A DNA stretch of 64,000 bases from Octopus vulgaris (GCA_951406725.2 OX597821.1:22816001-22880000), one strand, 5' to 3'; numbered from the stretch's first letter, positions 25,582 to 38,583 are shown. The notes: generated by a model not told the origin, from the sequence alone. Numbers and translations are program-made.

Positions 25582-27049
25582 TATATAGGAATAGATAGAC
25601 ATATAGTTAGTTAGACAGACTCACAGACAGACTGTCAAGTAACTAGACATAAAGAGCTCGTTAGACAAAGTTCAATAGACAAAGATAGATAGATAGATAG
25701 ATACATACATACATATACAAACAGACACATTCATGTCGAGAGATAAGTAGATAGGATCAATAGACAGGGAGAGAGAGAGAGAAAGATAGATATAAATTTA
25801 ATAACTACAACTAAGTTTCCCTATTTCTAGATCATCATGTACTCCACCACCAACCCACTTCATCATATTGGTTTCAAATTTTGGCACAAGACCAGCAATT
25901 TTGGGGTAGGGGTTAAGTTGATTACATTGACCCCAGTGTTCACAATCATCATCATCATCATCATCATCATCAACATTTAATGTCTGTTTTCCATGCAGAC
26001 ATGGGGTGGACGGCTAGACAAAAGTTGGCAAGGTTAGGGGCCACGCCAAGTTCCAAAGTCTGTTTTCACTTGGTTTCTACAGCTGGATGCCCTTCCTAAC
26101 ACCAACCACTTTACAGAGTGTACTTCGTGCAAAACTTTGTGAATGAATTTGGTAGATGGAAACCGAAAGAAGCCTTTCGTGTGTGTGTGTGTGCTTGTAT
26201 ATGCATGTTTGTTTGTTCCCCACCACTGCCTGACAACCAGTGTTATTTTGTTAATATCCTTGTAACTTAACAGTTCAGCAAAAAGATTGATAGAATAAGA
26301 ACCAGGCTTTGATAAAAAAAAAATTAAGTATTGAGGTCAATTTGTTCAACTAAAATCCTTCAGGCCATTGTCCCAGCATGGCTGTAGTCTAATGATTGAA
26401 ACAAGCAAAAGAAGAATGCACTTTATAGAGAGTTTTATAGAGACAATGGTCCATTAATTTTGGTATATATACCACCATATACATATTTTATAACACTAAT
26501 GAAAGGGCAACCATTTGAATTTAAATAAACAGAGAATTATATTTGCCCCTATAATTTAACATCAAGTTAATTCAAATGAATTAATTAATGAGTTAATTCA
26601 AATGGTAAACACAATAGACTTTTTGATTTTAGTATGAAGACATCAATTTGGTTCACTGAATTGAGATCCAGAAACAATAGAACATTTAGTTGTAATGTAA
26701 CAGAAGGATGATCCAGCTTTTATTGTATTTCATTGTATTGAAGTATTTCTTAGTTAAATTTGGTTTTATCACTGATAGACAACTACAGAGACAGCTTAGT
26801 GGTGAGAATCAGAGAAGCAGAATGTATGTATACATATGAATAGCCGCATACACAAAGAGGCAAACACACACTCATATAGGTATAGTAATAAATTGATAGG
26901 TGGATAGACAGACAGATGGATAGATAGACAAATTGATAGATAGAGAAACAGCCTGAACACATCCAGAAACCATTACCAGGAAAAATAGACATTAAATGAT
27001 GATGATGTTTCCATTTCCTTCTGGTGAGGTTCCTAACTGATTGGATTAA

Positions 27050-27922
27050 TAGCATACTGGACAACTAAAGGACACGTTAGTGCTTCATTTCCTGCCGGCA
27101 GCATCATATTATAACTAGAGACAATAGCTTCATTCTTTTTCTTTTGAGAAATGTTTGGTCAACAGAAAAGACTTGTGCCTGTGGCATTTGGTCTTAGACA
27201 TGAGAAAAGCAAAAGTTGTTTCATGCCAAGTGGTCGAAGATGACAACAAGCTGCAGTTCAGACTTTGATGAGCCAAAACAGATACACGCGACCAATTAAA
27301 CGAATAAGTATACAGCTTTCTTGCAGCACTTTGTTCAAATGTTTGGAGAAGGCAACGATAATGGACCAGAGATGATGTTGAACTTTAGCACCAACCTCAA
27401 TGACCTGTCATACCTTTCAGCAGAAGACATAGAGTGCTGTGAAAAAGATAGTGACAGCAGCTGAAATATGGCATGTGGCAAATAACTATATGAGGGACAA
27501 ATGACTTGGTTTAGACTGTCTGCCCAATGAGTTTTGTGTATTTATGCCAGGCTTATTTTCTTGGCAGATGAGTACTACAACTATCAACAAAACAGGGAAT
27601 AGGGGTACAACTGACAAAGCAATAGACATTATTAATAACTTCAAATCTTATAACTTTAGTGAATGCTGAGTTAAAGACTTTGCCACATAAAAAGTACTGG
27701 TGATGAGTGCCATGTAAAAAGCACCAAGTACACTCTGTAAAGTGATTGGCATTAGAAAGGGCATCCAGCCATAGAAACCAAACCAAAACAGACTGTGGAA
27801 CCTTGTGCAACCCGCTGGTCTCAGCAGTTGCTGTCAAACCATCCAAACTATGCCAGCATGGGAAACTGACATTGAATGTTGAAAATGATAATGATTATGA
27901 AGCGATGACAATGTTGATGACA

Positions 27923-27960
<38 letters not shown>

Positions 27961-29380
27961 GTTGGCACTTGTCATTGGTAGTGCAGTTTGGAAAGCACAG
28001 TTCTGTACATTTCAGAGCAAATCTATCTATAACAACCGAACAACTACCACTTCCTATGACACACAGTGGAATGAGGGTGGATAACAAACCTGGCTTAAAT
28101 GGTATTCTGATCAATTTGGATTAATAAGAAAACTTTGGACTGCATCAGCTATCATCACTTGACAATTATCTTTAGCACAGGTAGTTTCAGTCCCGTCTTT
28201 TCACTTTTTTATGGTTGGACTCATCAATATACAAGTGGAATCTATTTGGTGATTGGACTAAGTGATCACCAATCAAAATCATTTTGAATTACAAATTTGA
28301 TCTATCAAATATGACCTCTCTCTCATCTCATAACTTTATTGTTTTACTAGCAGTATCGCCTGACGTTGCTCGGGTTTGTAAGGGAAATAACTATATAAGC
28401 ATTTTTAGAGAGTTATAGCCAAAAAATAGCAAAGAAATGCATTAAAAATGGAAAAAAAATTATGGTAAACTTTTTTTTAAATCGTTGACTCATCGTAGAC
28501 ATTTTTAGAGAGTTACTTCCCTTATATAATAGCGAAAAAATGCATTAAAATGGAATAAAATGATGGTAAATTATTTTTAAAATCGTAGACTCATCATAGA
28601 CGCGCGCTAATACCCAGAAGGGCTCGATATGAATCACGACTATAAGATACCCGGTTTTGGTTAAACTGCACCGCAAAATGTGGGAGTAGTTAGGAATCTA
28701 AATCGTAGGAGACAGACACACAACTTCTCTTTTATATATAAAGATATGCTAATTCTCAAGCAGAAACTAGTGTTGTCAAAGAGTAATCTATTTGAATTGG
28801 GGCATGAGAGAGCTGTGGCAGCCCATGTGAATATCATTATAGCAGTGTCAGACATCATAGAGATTGAAGTGGTCAGTACCATTCTAAAAAGTAAAAGGCA
28901 GTGATCAAAGCAAAAATCAATTTCGAGAAGTCAGTTTATTTGCAACTCCACATCTGGAGAGGAAAGACCATGTCACCAGTGTGGACTGACATCTAGCTAA
29001 GCTGCTTGTAGTTCTGGTTAAATCTGGACCTCCATATAGATAAGAACTGAGACAAGATTACAAATAAGGTGGCTAGACTCGTCCAGTAATGGGCTGAAAG
29101 GAAGCTATCCTTGAAATGTTAGGCACAGGTGGCAATCATTTATTACAGCTTGACCATTGCAGCCAACTTCAGTTCTTGTCAGACCAAATTAGACTCTCTG
29201 CTCTTTTCTTGTTAATTGCTCCTTGCTGAGGGACACATAAGACTGATCAGACAATTATCAGCTGCCTCTGTGCAGGGGACTTAGTCCTATGGCTAAAAAT
29301 TTGCAAACATACACTGAGGATACAATATCTGAAGAAGTTAACCAATGGTGAGTTATGTATGGTCACCTTTGGTCAGGTAC
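27050..29380 (+). pseudogene. Heavily decayed L1/Tx1-like ORF2 (RT) split by a family C repeat and a Helitron
   Basis: Residual motifs GLDCLPNEFC (~27508), ITLVNAELKTL (~27650), LINLD (~28107); many stops. Confidence 0.55.
28347..28744 (-). mobile_element. Non-autonomous Helitron (same family), two internal subrepeats
   Basis: A|TC...hairpin...CTAG|T termini; similar to 3228-3722. Confidence 0.8.
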
Positions 29381-29744
29381 ATTTTCTATCTACTTTGCTT
29401 TTATCACTAATAGATGACCACACAGAGTGGCTTAGTGGTTAGGGTATTCAGTTCATAATTGTAAGGTCATGAGTTCAATTCTCAGTGGCATATTGTGTCT
29501 CTTCTGCAAGACACTTTATTTCACATTGCTCTAGTTGACTCACCTGGCAAAAATTAGATGTACCTGTATTTCAAAGGGCCAGCTTTGTTACATTGTGTCA
29601 TGCTAAATCTCCCTGAAAAGTATGTTAAGGGTACACATGTCTGTGGAGTGCTATAATTAATTTCATGGGCAGGCTGTTTCATTGATCAGACCAACTGGAA
29701 CCCTTGCTACCATAACCAACTGTGTGCTAGTTGTGTGTGTGTGT

Positions 29745-30092
29745 GTAGTCATTTGACAAATAAACCCTAGGACATAGTTCTCTTGTAAACCTAGAACTTA
29801 TTCTATCAGTTTCTTTTGCCAAACTGATAAGTTATAGGGATGTAAACACACCAACACCAGTTGTCCAGTGGTGGTGAGGGAGAAACACAGACACAAAGAT
29901 ACACACACATAGATATATACATTTATGTGTATAATGAGCTGCTTTCAGTTTCCATCTACCAAATCCACTCACAAGGCTTTGGTTGGCCTGAGGTTATAGT
30001 ACAAGACACTTGCCCAAGACACTGTGCAATGGGACTGAACCTGAAACTATGTGGTTGGGAAAAAAGCTTCTTACCACGTACCCACACCTGTA
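29745..30092 (-). mobile_element. SINE family A, diverged
   Basis: Colinear with the family A copies. Confidence 0.75.
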
Positions 30093-30141
30093 GACATGTT
30101 TGTGTGTGTGTATATATATATATATACAGTATATATATATA

Positions 30142-30395
30142 CAAAATAAGAAAATGAAGGAATACACTTTAATCAATCATCAACTACCAGACAATACCCA
30201 TTCACATAATTTATAAACCAACTACATAGGAACATGTATACGCATGCACACTTTTGGTTTTTTCTATGATGTAAAGGAATATTTTTTCATTATATATGTG
30301 TTTGTTGAGCTATAATGTATTGTATTGTATTATATTATTATGTTATTATATTATTATATTATTATGTTGCTGCATTCTATGTGTTATTTTCCATC

Positions 30396-30451
<56 letters not shown>

Positions 30452-31020
30452 GCCTTTTGTAACTTAATACAATTATCTCTGGACTTTGTATATGTACACT
30501 TTCATGTGGATGTATGTATATTCTAATATATTGATTTGACTAACTGTAACCTTATATGTATGTATATTATTATGTATATACTTATATATATATGTAGGTG
30601 CATGTATATATACACTTATATGTACGTGTATATTATGTATATGTACTTATTCTTGTATATGTGTACCTTCTCCTATATTCATATTTGAATTGTACTTTAT
30701 AATCTCTGAGAAGCCTTGGGATATATATGTAAGTATCTCATTTATAACCACATATTACCTTAACACACCTGGCTAATATGAGCATAATGAGATTTTCCTA
30801 TCTACATGGCTGAAACAGCTGTAAGTTCTAGTTTATATTTATATTTATTTATACGTATTGTACTTATGGTATCATATTACTCATTGATGTGTACTGTTTT
30901 GTTCTGTATTATTGTGTTTGATCCTGATGTTCCTATGTAGTTGGTTAATAAATTATGTGAATGGGTATTATCTGGTAGTTGATGATTGATTAAAATATAT
31001 TCCTCCATTTTCTTATTTTG
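30142..31020 (+). mobile_element. Non-coding element with ~93-bp inverted ends and an internal degenerate hammerhead motif (30702-30825); Penelope-like/retrozyme-like
   Basis: 30142-30234 is the imperfect reverse complement of 30927-31020. The body is similar to 23030-23425 (CTGAGA AGCC...GGCT GAAACAGCTGTAAG). Confidence 0.6.
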
Positions 31021-31202
31021 TATTATGAATTTGAGGTAAAACATTTTACCTTCGCCCATATAATACAATAAATGAATTAATTGCATTGCAATTCTTAGCA
31101 TTTATATATTAACTTGACTGGGTGCTTTACTGGCAGTATATTGGATATATGTTATCCCATAGAGGGTTACACTCACAACCCCTATCTCACTTTGTAATTT
31201 CA

Positions 31203-31235
<33 letters not shown>

Positions 31236-31236
<1 letters not shown>

Positions 31237-31494
31237 TGCGCAGGTGGCACATAAAAAACACCATTTGAGCATGGCTGTTGCCAGTACCGCCTGACTGGCC
31301 CTCATGCTGGTGGCACGTAAAAGCACCCACTACACTCTCGGAGTGGTTGGCGTTAGGAAGGGCATCCAGCTGTAGAAATTCTGCCAGATCAGATTGGAGC
31401 CTGGTGCAGCCATCTGGTTCACCAGTCCTCAGTCAAATCGTTCAACCCATGCTAGCATGGTAAGCGGACATTAAACGATGATGATGATGATGAT
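31236..31494 (+). mobile_element. Repeat family C
   Basis: Similar to 7455-7732, (GAT)n tail. Confidence 0.8.
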
Positions 31495-32084
31495 GTCCAG
31501 TAACGCTGCCGTAATCTCCTTTAGAGAGACTTAGTAATTTTAATATTTCTATTATTGAAAACAAGTGGATGTATTCCACTGAAACTAGGTAAATAAAGCC
31601 TTCGAACTGGGACGATCAGTAGCAACACCTGCAAGTCTGACCACGCTGCATTGATAAGGGGCAACAACCCTGAAACGTCGTCTAGCTGTCTGACTGGCAG
31701 GATGAAGCGACTGACCTCCCTTGTTCGAAGGTTTGTAATGGACGCAGGTTCGTGTGTCAAATAGCTAGCTTGAGGCGGTGGCCTCTTGGAGCTAACCAGC
31801 GACAGCTTTAGTCTTATATTTACAAGACTGCCATTTTAGTATGGCGATAACTATTAATTTATATATATATATATATATATGATTCTGTGTAAAAACCAAT
31901 TTGTCTGGAGCCCAACCATGGATTTACAATATAGAATTGTGATGAACTATAAACTTGGACTCTGCCGTAAGGATACTTGGAGTTCTTCACTAATCTAAAC
32001 AATATTGTTATCTGGGTATACCAACAGAGTGCTTATGAAGTATTTTGCCCGAATTGATAATCCCTCACTATTAGCTGTATATAT

Positions 32085-32492
32085 ACTCTTACTCTCTTTA
32101 CTCTTTTACTTGTTTCAGTCATTTGACTGCGGCCATGCTGGAGCACCACCTTTAGTTGAGCAAATCGACCCCGGGACTTATTCTTTGTAAGCCCAGTACT
32201 TATTCTATCAGTCTCTTTTGCTGAACCGCTAAGTGACGGGGACGTAAACACACCAGCATCGGTTGTCAAGCAATGCTAGGGGGACAAACACAGACACACA
32301 AACACACACACATACATATATATATATATACATATATACGACAGGCATCTTTCAGTTTCCGTCTACCAAATCCACTCACAAGGCATTGGTCGGCCTGGGG
32401 CTATAACAGAAGACACTTGCCCAAGATGCCACGCAGTGGGACTGAACCCGGAACCATGTGGTTGTTTAGCAAGCTACTTACCACACAGCCAC
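32085..32492 (-). mobile_element. SINE family A
   Basis: Near full-length copy. Confidence 0.9.
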
Positions 32493-33067
32493 ATATATAT
32501 GTCTACTTCTAGATATATACAGGTCTGTTGTTTTGGACCAAACAGCCAACTATACATTAGTGTGGTTGCAGTGTCAAGCAAAGCCTATAATTCTATGTGA
32601 GATACACTAAGTTACTAAACCAAACAACTACTTACTAATTAGGTAGCAATCATGAAAGTACATTTAGGCATCGAAATATTTGGTGTGACGTAATGAAATA
32701 GCTATGTAACTGTATAACTCAAATTCTGACTACTTATGTGAAATCATGAATATCGGTAAGATTCTTCCTAGATGCTTATCATTTCCACCATCACCATTAT
32801 CATCATTTTTGTCATAGTCAAATACCAGCACCTTCACCATCAACATCAGCATCACTGCAATCACTATCAATAACCAACGCCGCAATCATCATCATTCCAA
32901 AGATACCACCTTCATCATCATTGTAACCATCAATACCTATATATATATATAGATAAATAGATAGATAGATAGATACATACATACATACATATACAGACAG
33001 ACACACATATACCTACACATACATACATATATATTTATGTACCCACACACACATACAAACATATATA

Positions 33068-33484
33068 CTCTTACTCTTTTACTCTTTTACTTGTTTCAGT
33101 CATTTGACTGTGGCCATGCTGGGGCACCGCCTTTAGTCGAGCAAATCGACCCCGGGACTTATTCTTTGTAAGCCCAGTACTTATTCTATCAGTCTCTTTT
33201 GCTGAACCGCTAAGTGACGGGGACGTAAACACACCAGCATCGGTTGTCAAGCAATGCTAGGGGGACAAACACAGACACACAAACACACACACATACATAT
33301 ATATATATATACATATATACGACAGGCTTCTTTCAGTTTCCGTCTACCAAATCTACTCACAAGGCATTGGTCGGTCCGGGGTTATAGCAGAAGACACTTG
33401 CCCAAGATGCCACGCAGTGGGACTGAACCCGGAACCATGTGGTTGGTTAGCAAGCTACTTACCACACAGCCACTCCTGTGCCTA
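33068..33484 (-). mobile_element. SINE family A
   Basis: Full-length copy, very similar to 32085-32492. Confidence 0.9.
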
Positions 33485-33952
33485 TATATAGATATATAGA
33501 TATATATAGATATATACATAAAAACACACACGCCCACACATATATGTATATATATGTGTGTGTGAGTGTGTGTGTGTGTGTGTATACATACATATGGCTT
33601 TATGTATGTTTATATATGCATATATGTGTATATGTATATATATGTATGAGTGTGTATATTTATGTATGTATGTATTGATTATTTGCTGGTGCATTTGGCA
33701 AACATCTTTATGAGAGGAAGTAAAGATGACTAAACCCAGAGTAGTATATTACTGCTATCTCTATTAGCACCACATCTTGGAATGCTGAATGTAAAGCTTG
33801 AGTGACTAGCTAGCTGCCTAGTAAAGTATCTATTTGCTCCTGTATATTTTTCAGTTTATCCATTAATCACTCTGTTTCTCCATTCACCTGCCTACCTGTT
33901 GCCCATCTACCTGTGTAGCTCTCTCTCACTCTCTCATACGCTCTCTCTTTCA

Positions 33953-34020
<68 letters not shown>

Positions 34021-34612
34021 TTCTCTCTCTTTCACTCTCTCTCTCTCTCTCTTTCTCTCTCTTTTTAACTTTTGCCTAGGGCGAGCCCATAGCAATATCA
34101 TATCTTCTCCACTATTTCAGTATTACGTGTTAAAAGTGAAACAAAAACGTTTCTCTATTTTATGTCAGATACTTTCACTTTAACAATAAAAATAATAATA
34201 ACAATTGAATTATATGTAGTAAGTAATAATTAAAATCAAACTAAAGTAACATGACAAACAAAAGTAAAAATAGCAATTGGTATAAAATTGCATCAATGAT
34301 TTGAACTTGAATAAGTGGTTTCACATGAATGGGAATAAATTAAAAATAAAATTAGCGTGCAGAAATGGAATAGTCCAGATGGATAATAAAAAATTAAATT
34401 AAAGAAAAGACTATTGTCTATAAAGTATACAATGTAGAGAAAAAAGGTCGCGTTTTTTTGCGCTCTGTAAAATTCGGTTAAAAAAGAAAAAAGAACAAAA
34501 TGTGAATTGTGGTTGCGGAATTGGAACGTCGGTTGGTGCGGTTTCGCGTCGCACTGGTTCTGTGCGTCGCACGTTTTCTGTTCGGGAGGCCGTTTTTCGG
34601 TCTGAGGCAACT

Positions 34613-35977
34613 ATGAGCCGCCTCTACCAAACGGATGAGATGGAAGGGAGAAATTTCTCTGAAAATTCGTCGACATCTGAGGAGGAGTTGGCGGTGAAAA
34701 AAATGGAAAGCACCTACGCAGGTATAACGAAGAAGTCAACAGAAAAAGAGATAGACCTGGCTAAGTTGACGGACTTCCAGGAGTTCATGAAGGAGGAGGA
34801 GAAGGGAGAGGTTGAGCTGTTGCCTCTAGCAGGGCGCGGAGACTGGTTCCATCGTAGAACCATTAAATATAAAGTATTTATGAATGGAGGTAGAAAAATG
34901 GAAGTGATTAACATGGAAGAAATTGAAGAGGCTTTCAAACAGACAGGAGAAGAAATTGTGTACATGACAAAAGGATTAGAATATGGAACCATAACGGTAC
35001 AATTTAAAAGTGAGAAAGCAGCCAGGATTATAGCAGCCAAGGTGGTGAGTACAGAAAAGTTTTACTTGTTCCCCTCGTATTTGAATAGAAGGACCACCAG
35101 AATTAGGGTGGAAGGAATACCTCCACACCTAGAGGGCGAATTAATAACGGCTGCGGTTATCAAAGGAAATGAAGATAAAGTGGACATCCTCCACGCCATT
35201 ATGAAATATGAAGGCGTGAGAGGTGCCACACTAGTAATGAACATACAGACGGAGACGGAAGTTATAGAAAAGCTTACGGACAGTATAAAAACTGGAAATA
35301 TTATTATGAGAGTGTGGGTGCAGGGTAGGGCGCCCAGGTGCTACAAGTGTGGCCTGAGGGGTCACATAAGAGCCTACTGCCCTCCCCCACCAAAGGAAAA
35401 AGAAAAGGAAATCGTCGCGGAAGCCCCAAAAGAGGAAGAAACCAAAGAGAACCAAAGGGAAAAAGAAACGACAGAAGAAGAGGAGATGCAACAAGAGTGG
35501 GAAGAAGGAAGAAAAAAAGAGAAAAAGAAAGAAAAAGAAAACTGTGCGAAGCTCCAACCCACCCCAACACCACCCGCACCCTCTGAATCCCACCCTTCCC
35601 CTGCAGACAGTGAACCCACCCGCTCCCCTCCAACAAGAAAACAAAAGAAAAATAATAATACATACAGACAAGAGTTTGAAAACGAACCCAGGTCGAACAT
35701 TTATATTGTGACTGAACAGAAAGAGGTTGAAAGGGTAATGGAGGAGTATGAATGGTATGAAATGGATGGGATAAGATATGCAGTGCTGGAAAAGAAGAAT
35801 ATAGATGAGTTTGTGTTGCGGTGTGAAAGGGAGAATTGGGAGGTGAAAGATACAAGAATGAGCGATGAATTTGTGGAATATATGGAGGACAGTTTCGGAA
35901 TAAGAATGGATATGGATGGTCTTCGTATTGGGAATGAACATTCAGGTGACAGTGAAAACAAAAGGACAGGTAAGTGA
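34613..35977 (+). CDS. Intact LINE ORF1/gag-like protein (454 aa from first ATG) with RRM-like region and single CCHC zinc knuckle; L1/Tx1-type
   Basis: Uninterrupted ORF. Motifs TYAGIT, TRIRVEGIPP, GRAPRCYKCGLRGHIRAYC (CX2CX4HX4C); E/K- and P-rich tail; purine-rich retroelement composition. Confidence 0.85.
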   Translation: MSRLYQTDEMEGRNFSENSSTSEEELAVKKMESTYAGITKKSTEKEIDLAKLTDFQEFMKEEEKGEVELLPLAGRGDWFHRRTIKYKVFMNGGRKMEVINMEEIEEAFKQTGEEIVYMTKGLEYGTITVQFKSEKAARIIAAKVVSTEKFYLFPSYLNRRTTRIRVEGIPPHLEGELITAAVIKGNEDKVDILHAIMKYEGVRGATLVMNIQTETEVIEKLTDSIKTGNIIMRVWVQGRAPRCYKCGLRGHIRAYCPPPPKEKEKEIVAEAPKEEETKENQREKETTEEEEMQQEWEEGRKKEKKKEKENCAKLQPTPTPPAPSESHPSPADSEPTRSPPTRKQKKNNNTYRQEFENEPRSNIYIVTEQKEVERVMEEYEWYEMDGIRYAVLEKKNIDEFVLRCERENWEVKDTRMSDEFVEYMEDSFGIRMDMDGLRIGNEHSGDSENKRTGK

Positions 35978-36125
35978 TGCTGGCGGAGGGGGCCGTTAGC
36001 ATCGCTTTCATATTATCATTTTTTCATTTTCATTCGCTCATAAATTTAATCATATTGTTCTATGTCCCCCATGTTTTGTTATGTCCGCCATTCTTCGTAG
36101 CCCCTGGTGGGTAATAAAGAAATAA

Positions 36126-36432
36126 CATGGAGGAAAGCACCTTCGAAAAATGTCTTGGTGCGACTATGAAAGGTATCTAATCAGTGGCGGTAAATTTGCC
36201 ACAATAGAAGCAAGGTTCGAGTCAATGGAGTGTGCAAGGGAGTACTCGAATCGAACTTGCAAAGTGGAAATATTTTATTTTTACCTTTATATCTGGGGCG
36301 TAGAACGTCCCGGAAAAAAATTTAAAATGCCCCCTCCCCCAGAAGTAGAGGTAGGCTGGATTGTAGCCACACTTCTATACAAGAGGGAGGACAAGATCCA
36401 ATTGATCGAAATTACAAGAGACAGGCTAACAA
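36126..36432 (+). pseudogene. Frameshifted fragment of a diverged paralogue of the upstream ORF1
   Basis: The pieces MEESTFEKCLG / YLISGGKFATIEARFESMECAR / ILFLPLYLGRRTSR / EVEVGWIVATLLYKREDKIQLI align by eye with ORF1 MEEIEEAF / YMTKGLEYGTITVQFKSEKAAR / FYLFPSYLNRRTTR / HLEGELITAAVIKGNEDKVDIL. Confidence 0.7.
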
Positions 36433-36644
36433 TTCCAGTCTGTTATATATTTTGAGTATTGTTATCACTAGTGATATCAAGACATAACTTTGTATTTTGT
36501 ATTTTGTGTAGATGTATATATATATAGATGTACATGTAATATGTACACATATATACATGCACTAGCACTATCACCCGGCAATGACGGGTCTTTAATGCTA
36601 GTATAAACACTCACACACACATTGGATAGACTTCTTTCAGACTA

Positions 36645-36697
<53 letters not shown>

Positions 36698-37185
36698 GGT
36701 CACAGAAAACGAGAAAGCAACCATACTCTGGGATATGCCGATACACACAGATAGAGAAATTAAGGCCAACAGACCAGATATAGTTGTCAGAGACCATGAA
36801 GAAAAAAAATGCTTTCTAATTGATGTATCAATACCGGCTGATGACAACGTGTCTCTAAAAGAAATGGAGAAACTCTCAAAATACAAAGACCTGGAAATAG
36901 AGGTAACTAGAATGTGGAATCTGAAAACAGAAACAATTCCTATCATAGTAGGTGCATTAGGCATGATAAAAAAATATTCAGACAAATACATAACAAAAAC
37001 ACCAGGACTTACAAACACATATAACATACAGAAAATTGCACTACTAGGCACTGCACACATCCTACGCAGAACACTTTCCATACAATAACCATCAGAGCAT
37101 CACAACAAATCACAGCACATACCCAAGGCACACAGAGCTGCGCTCGGTAGTGAAGTGAAAGCACGCTATAAAAATAAAACTACTG
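36698..37185 (+). mobile_element. 5'-truncated R4/Dong-like LINE (restriction-like endonuclease domain plus 3'UTR) in (TAA)n
   Basis: ILWDMPIHTD...NRPDIVV...LIDVSIP...EKLSKYKDL...PIIVGALG; (TAA)n on both sides. Confidence 0.9.
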
Positions 37186-37219
37186 AATAATAATAATAAT
37201 AATAATCTTATTATTCAGT

Positions 37220-38525
37220 TACTGAAATATGTAATCTTGACAGAAAAATACGAAAACTGTTGACAATGCATAGAATGCACCACCCTAAGGCAGATATAGA
37301 ACGACTTTATCTGCCAAGAAAAGAGGGAGGCCATGGACTATTACAACTGGCAATAACAATGAAGAATGCTACAATTGGCCTAGACACCTACCTGAAAAAC
37401 TCTGAGGACTGGATGTTAAAACTCAGTAAAAAAAAAACAGGCAAAGGAATATCTAAGTGAATTCCGAATACAACAAATTTCGGAATTAGACATACAAGAA
37501 ACAAGCACAGAAAAAGCTAAACGCATGAAAACCCGTGCTAAAACTGCTGCCTTAGATATTCTGAATGATAAGTGGCAAGAAAAACCTCTTTATGGTAAAT
37601 ACCCAAAGAGAGCGAATAATGCAGATGTTGACAAAGCCCTGACCCATCAATGGCTTATGGCCTCTGGCTTAAAATCGGAAACAGAAAGGTTTATCATAGC
37701 AGCTCAAGATCAATGCCTACCAACAAGGAACTACCAGGCCAACATATTAAAGATCGGCAGTAGCCCAACATGTCGTGTACGTCAACAACAAAGTGAAACC
37801 ATTGATCATGTTATCTCCAAGTGCAGTCTTCTAGCGCCTACAGAGTATCTCAACAGGCATGATAGAGCAGCACAATATATTCACTGGGTAATCTGCAAAA
37901 ACCTGGATTTGCCCCATGAAAAAAACTGGTAGGAACACAAACCACCTCCAGTGCTTGAAAATGACCACATTTCACTCCTCTGGAACTTCACCATTCAAAC
38001 TGACAGAAAGATAGATGCAAATAGGCCAGACATCATATTGAAAGACTTCAGACAAAGAACATGCCTCCTCATTGATATGACTGTCCCAATCGATATAAAC
38101 GTATCTGTCAACCCTACCAAAAACTGAGCAAATATAAAGATCTTGAAATAGAAATCAGCAAAATGTGGAACTTGAAGACTAAAACAATACCTGTTGTCAT
38201 AGGTGCCCTGGGAATGATAGCAAAAGGGGCTGATCGCAACTCAGATACCAGGAAACCCAAAATGGCAGAAATTCAAAAGATAGTGCTCATGGGAACTGCT
38301 CATATCCTTCGCAAAATACTTTCTATGTAACCTCAAGTTTTAAAACAAACACAACTTTCGCTTTTTTTTTTTTTTTTAGGCATTCACTAGTACAACACTA
38401 AATACAAAACCAAATATATGGCACACTAGGCATTGCAATACGAACTTCCAACCTGTTGCCTCTCGAGGTCTCTGGGTGAGACTTGGAGCCAACTTGTACA
38501 AATATAAAGCAAAAGTCAAACATAC
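37220..38525 (+). pseudogene. Second, different R4/Dong-like LINE 3' portion (post-RT, CCHC remnant, RLE) with stops and frameshifts
   Basis: HPKADIERLYLPRKEGG, AAQDQ, ETIDHVISKC, RHD, NRPDII motifs; ends in (TAA)n. Confidence 0.9.
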
Positions 38526-38534
38526 AATAATAAT

Positions 38535-38583
<49 letters not shown>

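Noticed and set aside
34502-34612. GTG-initiated N-terminal extension of the ORF1-like protein
   Set aside because: Eukaryotic context; the first ATG is at 34613 and this stretch looks like the element's 5'UTR
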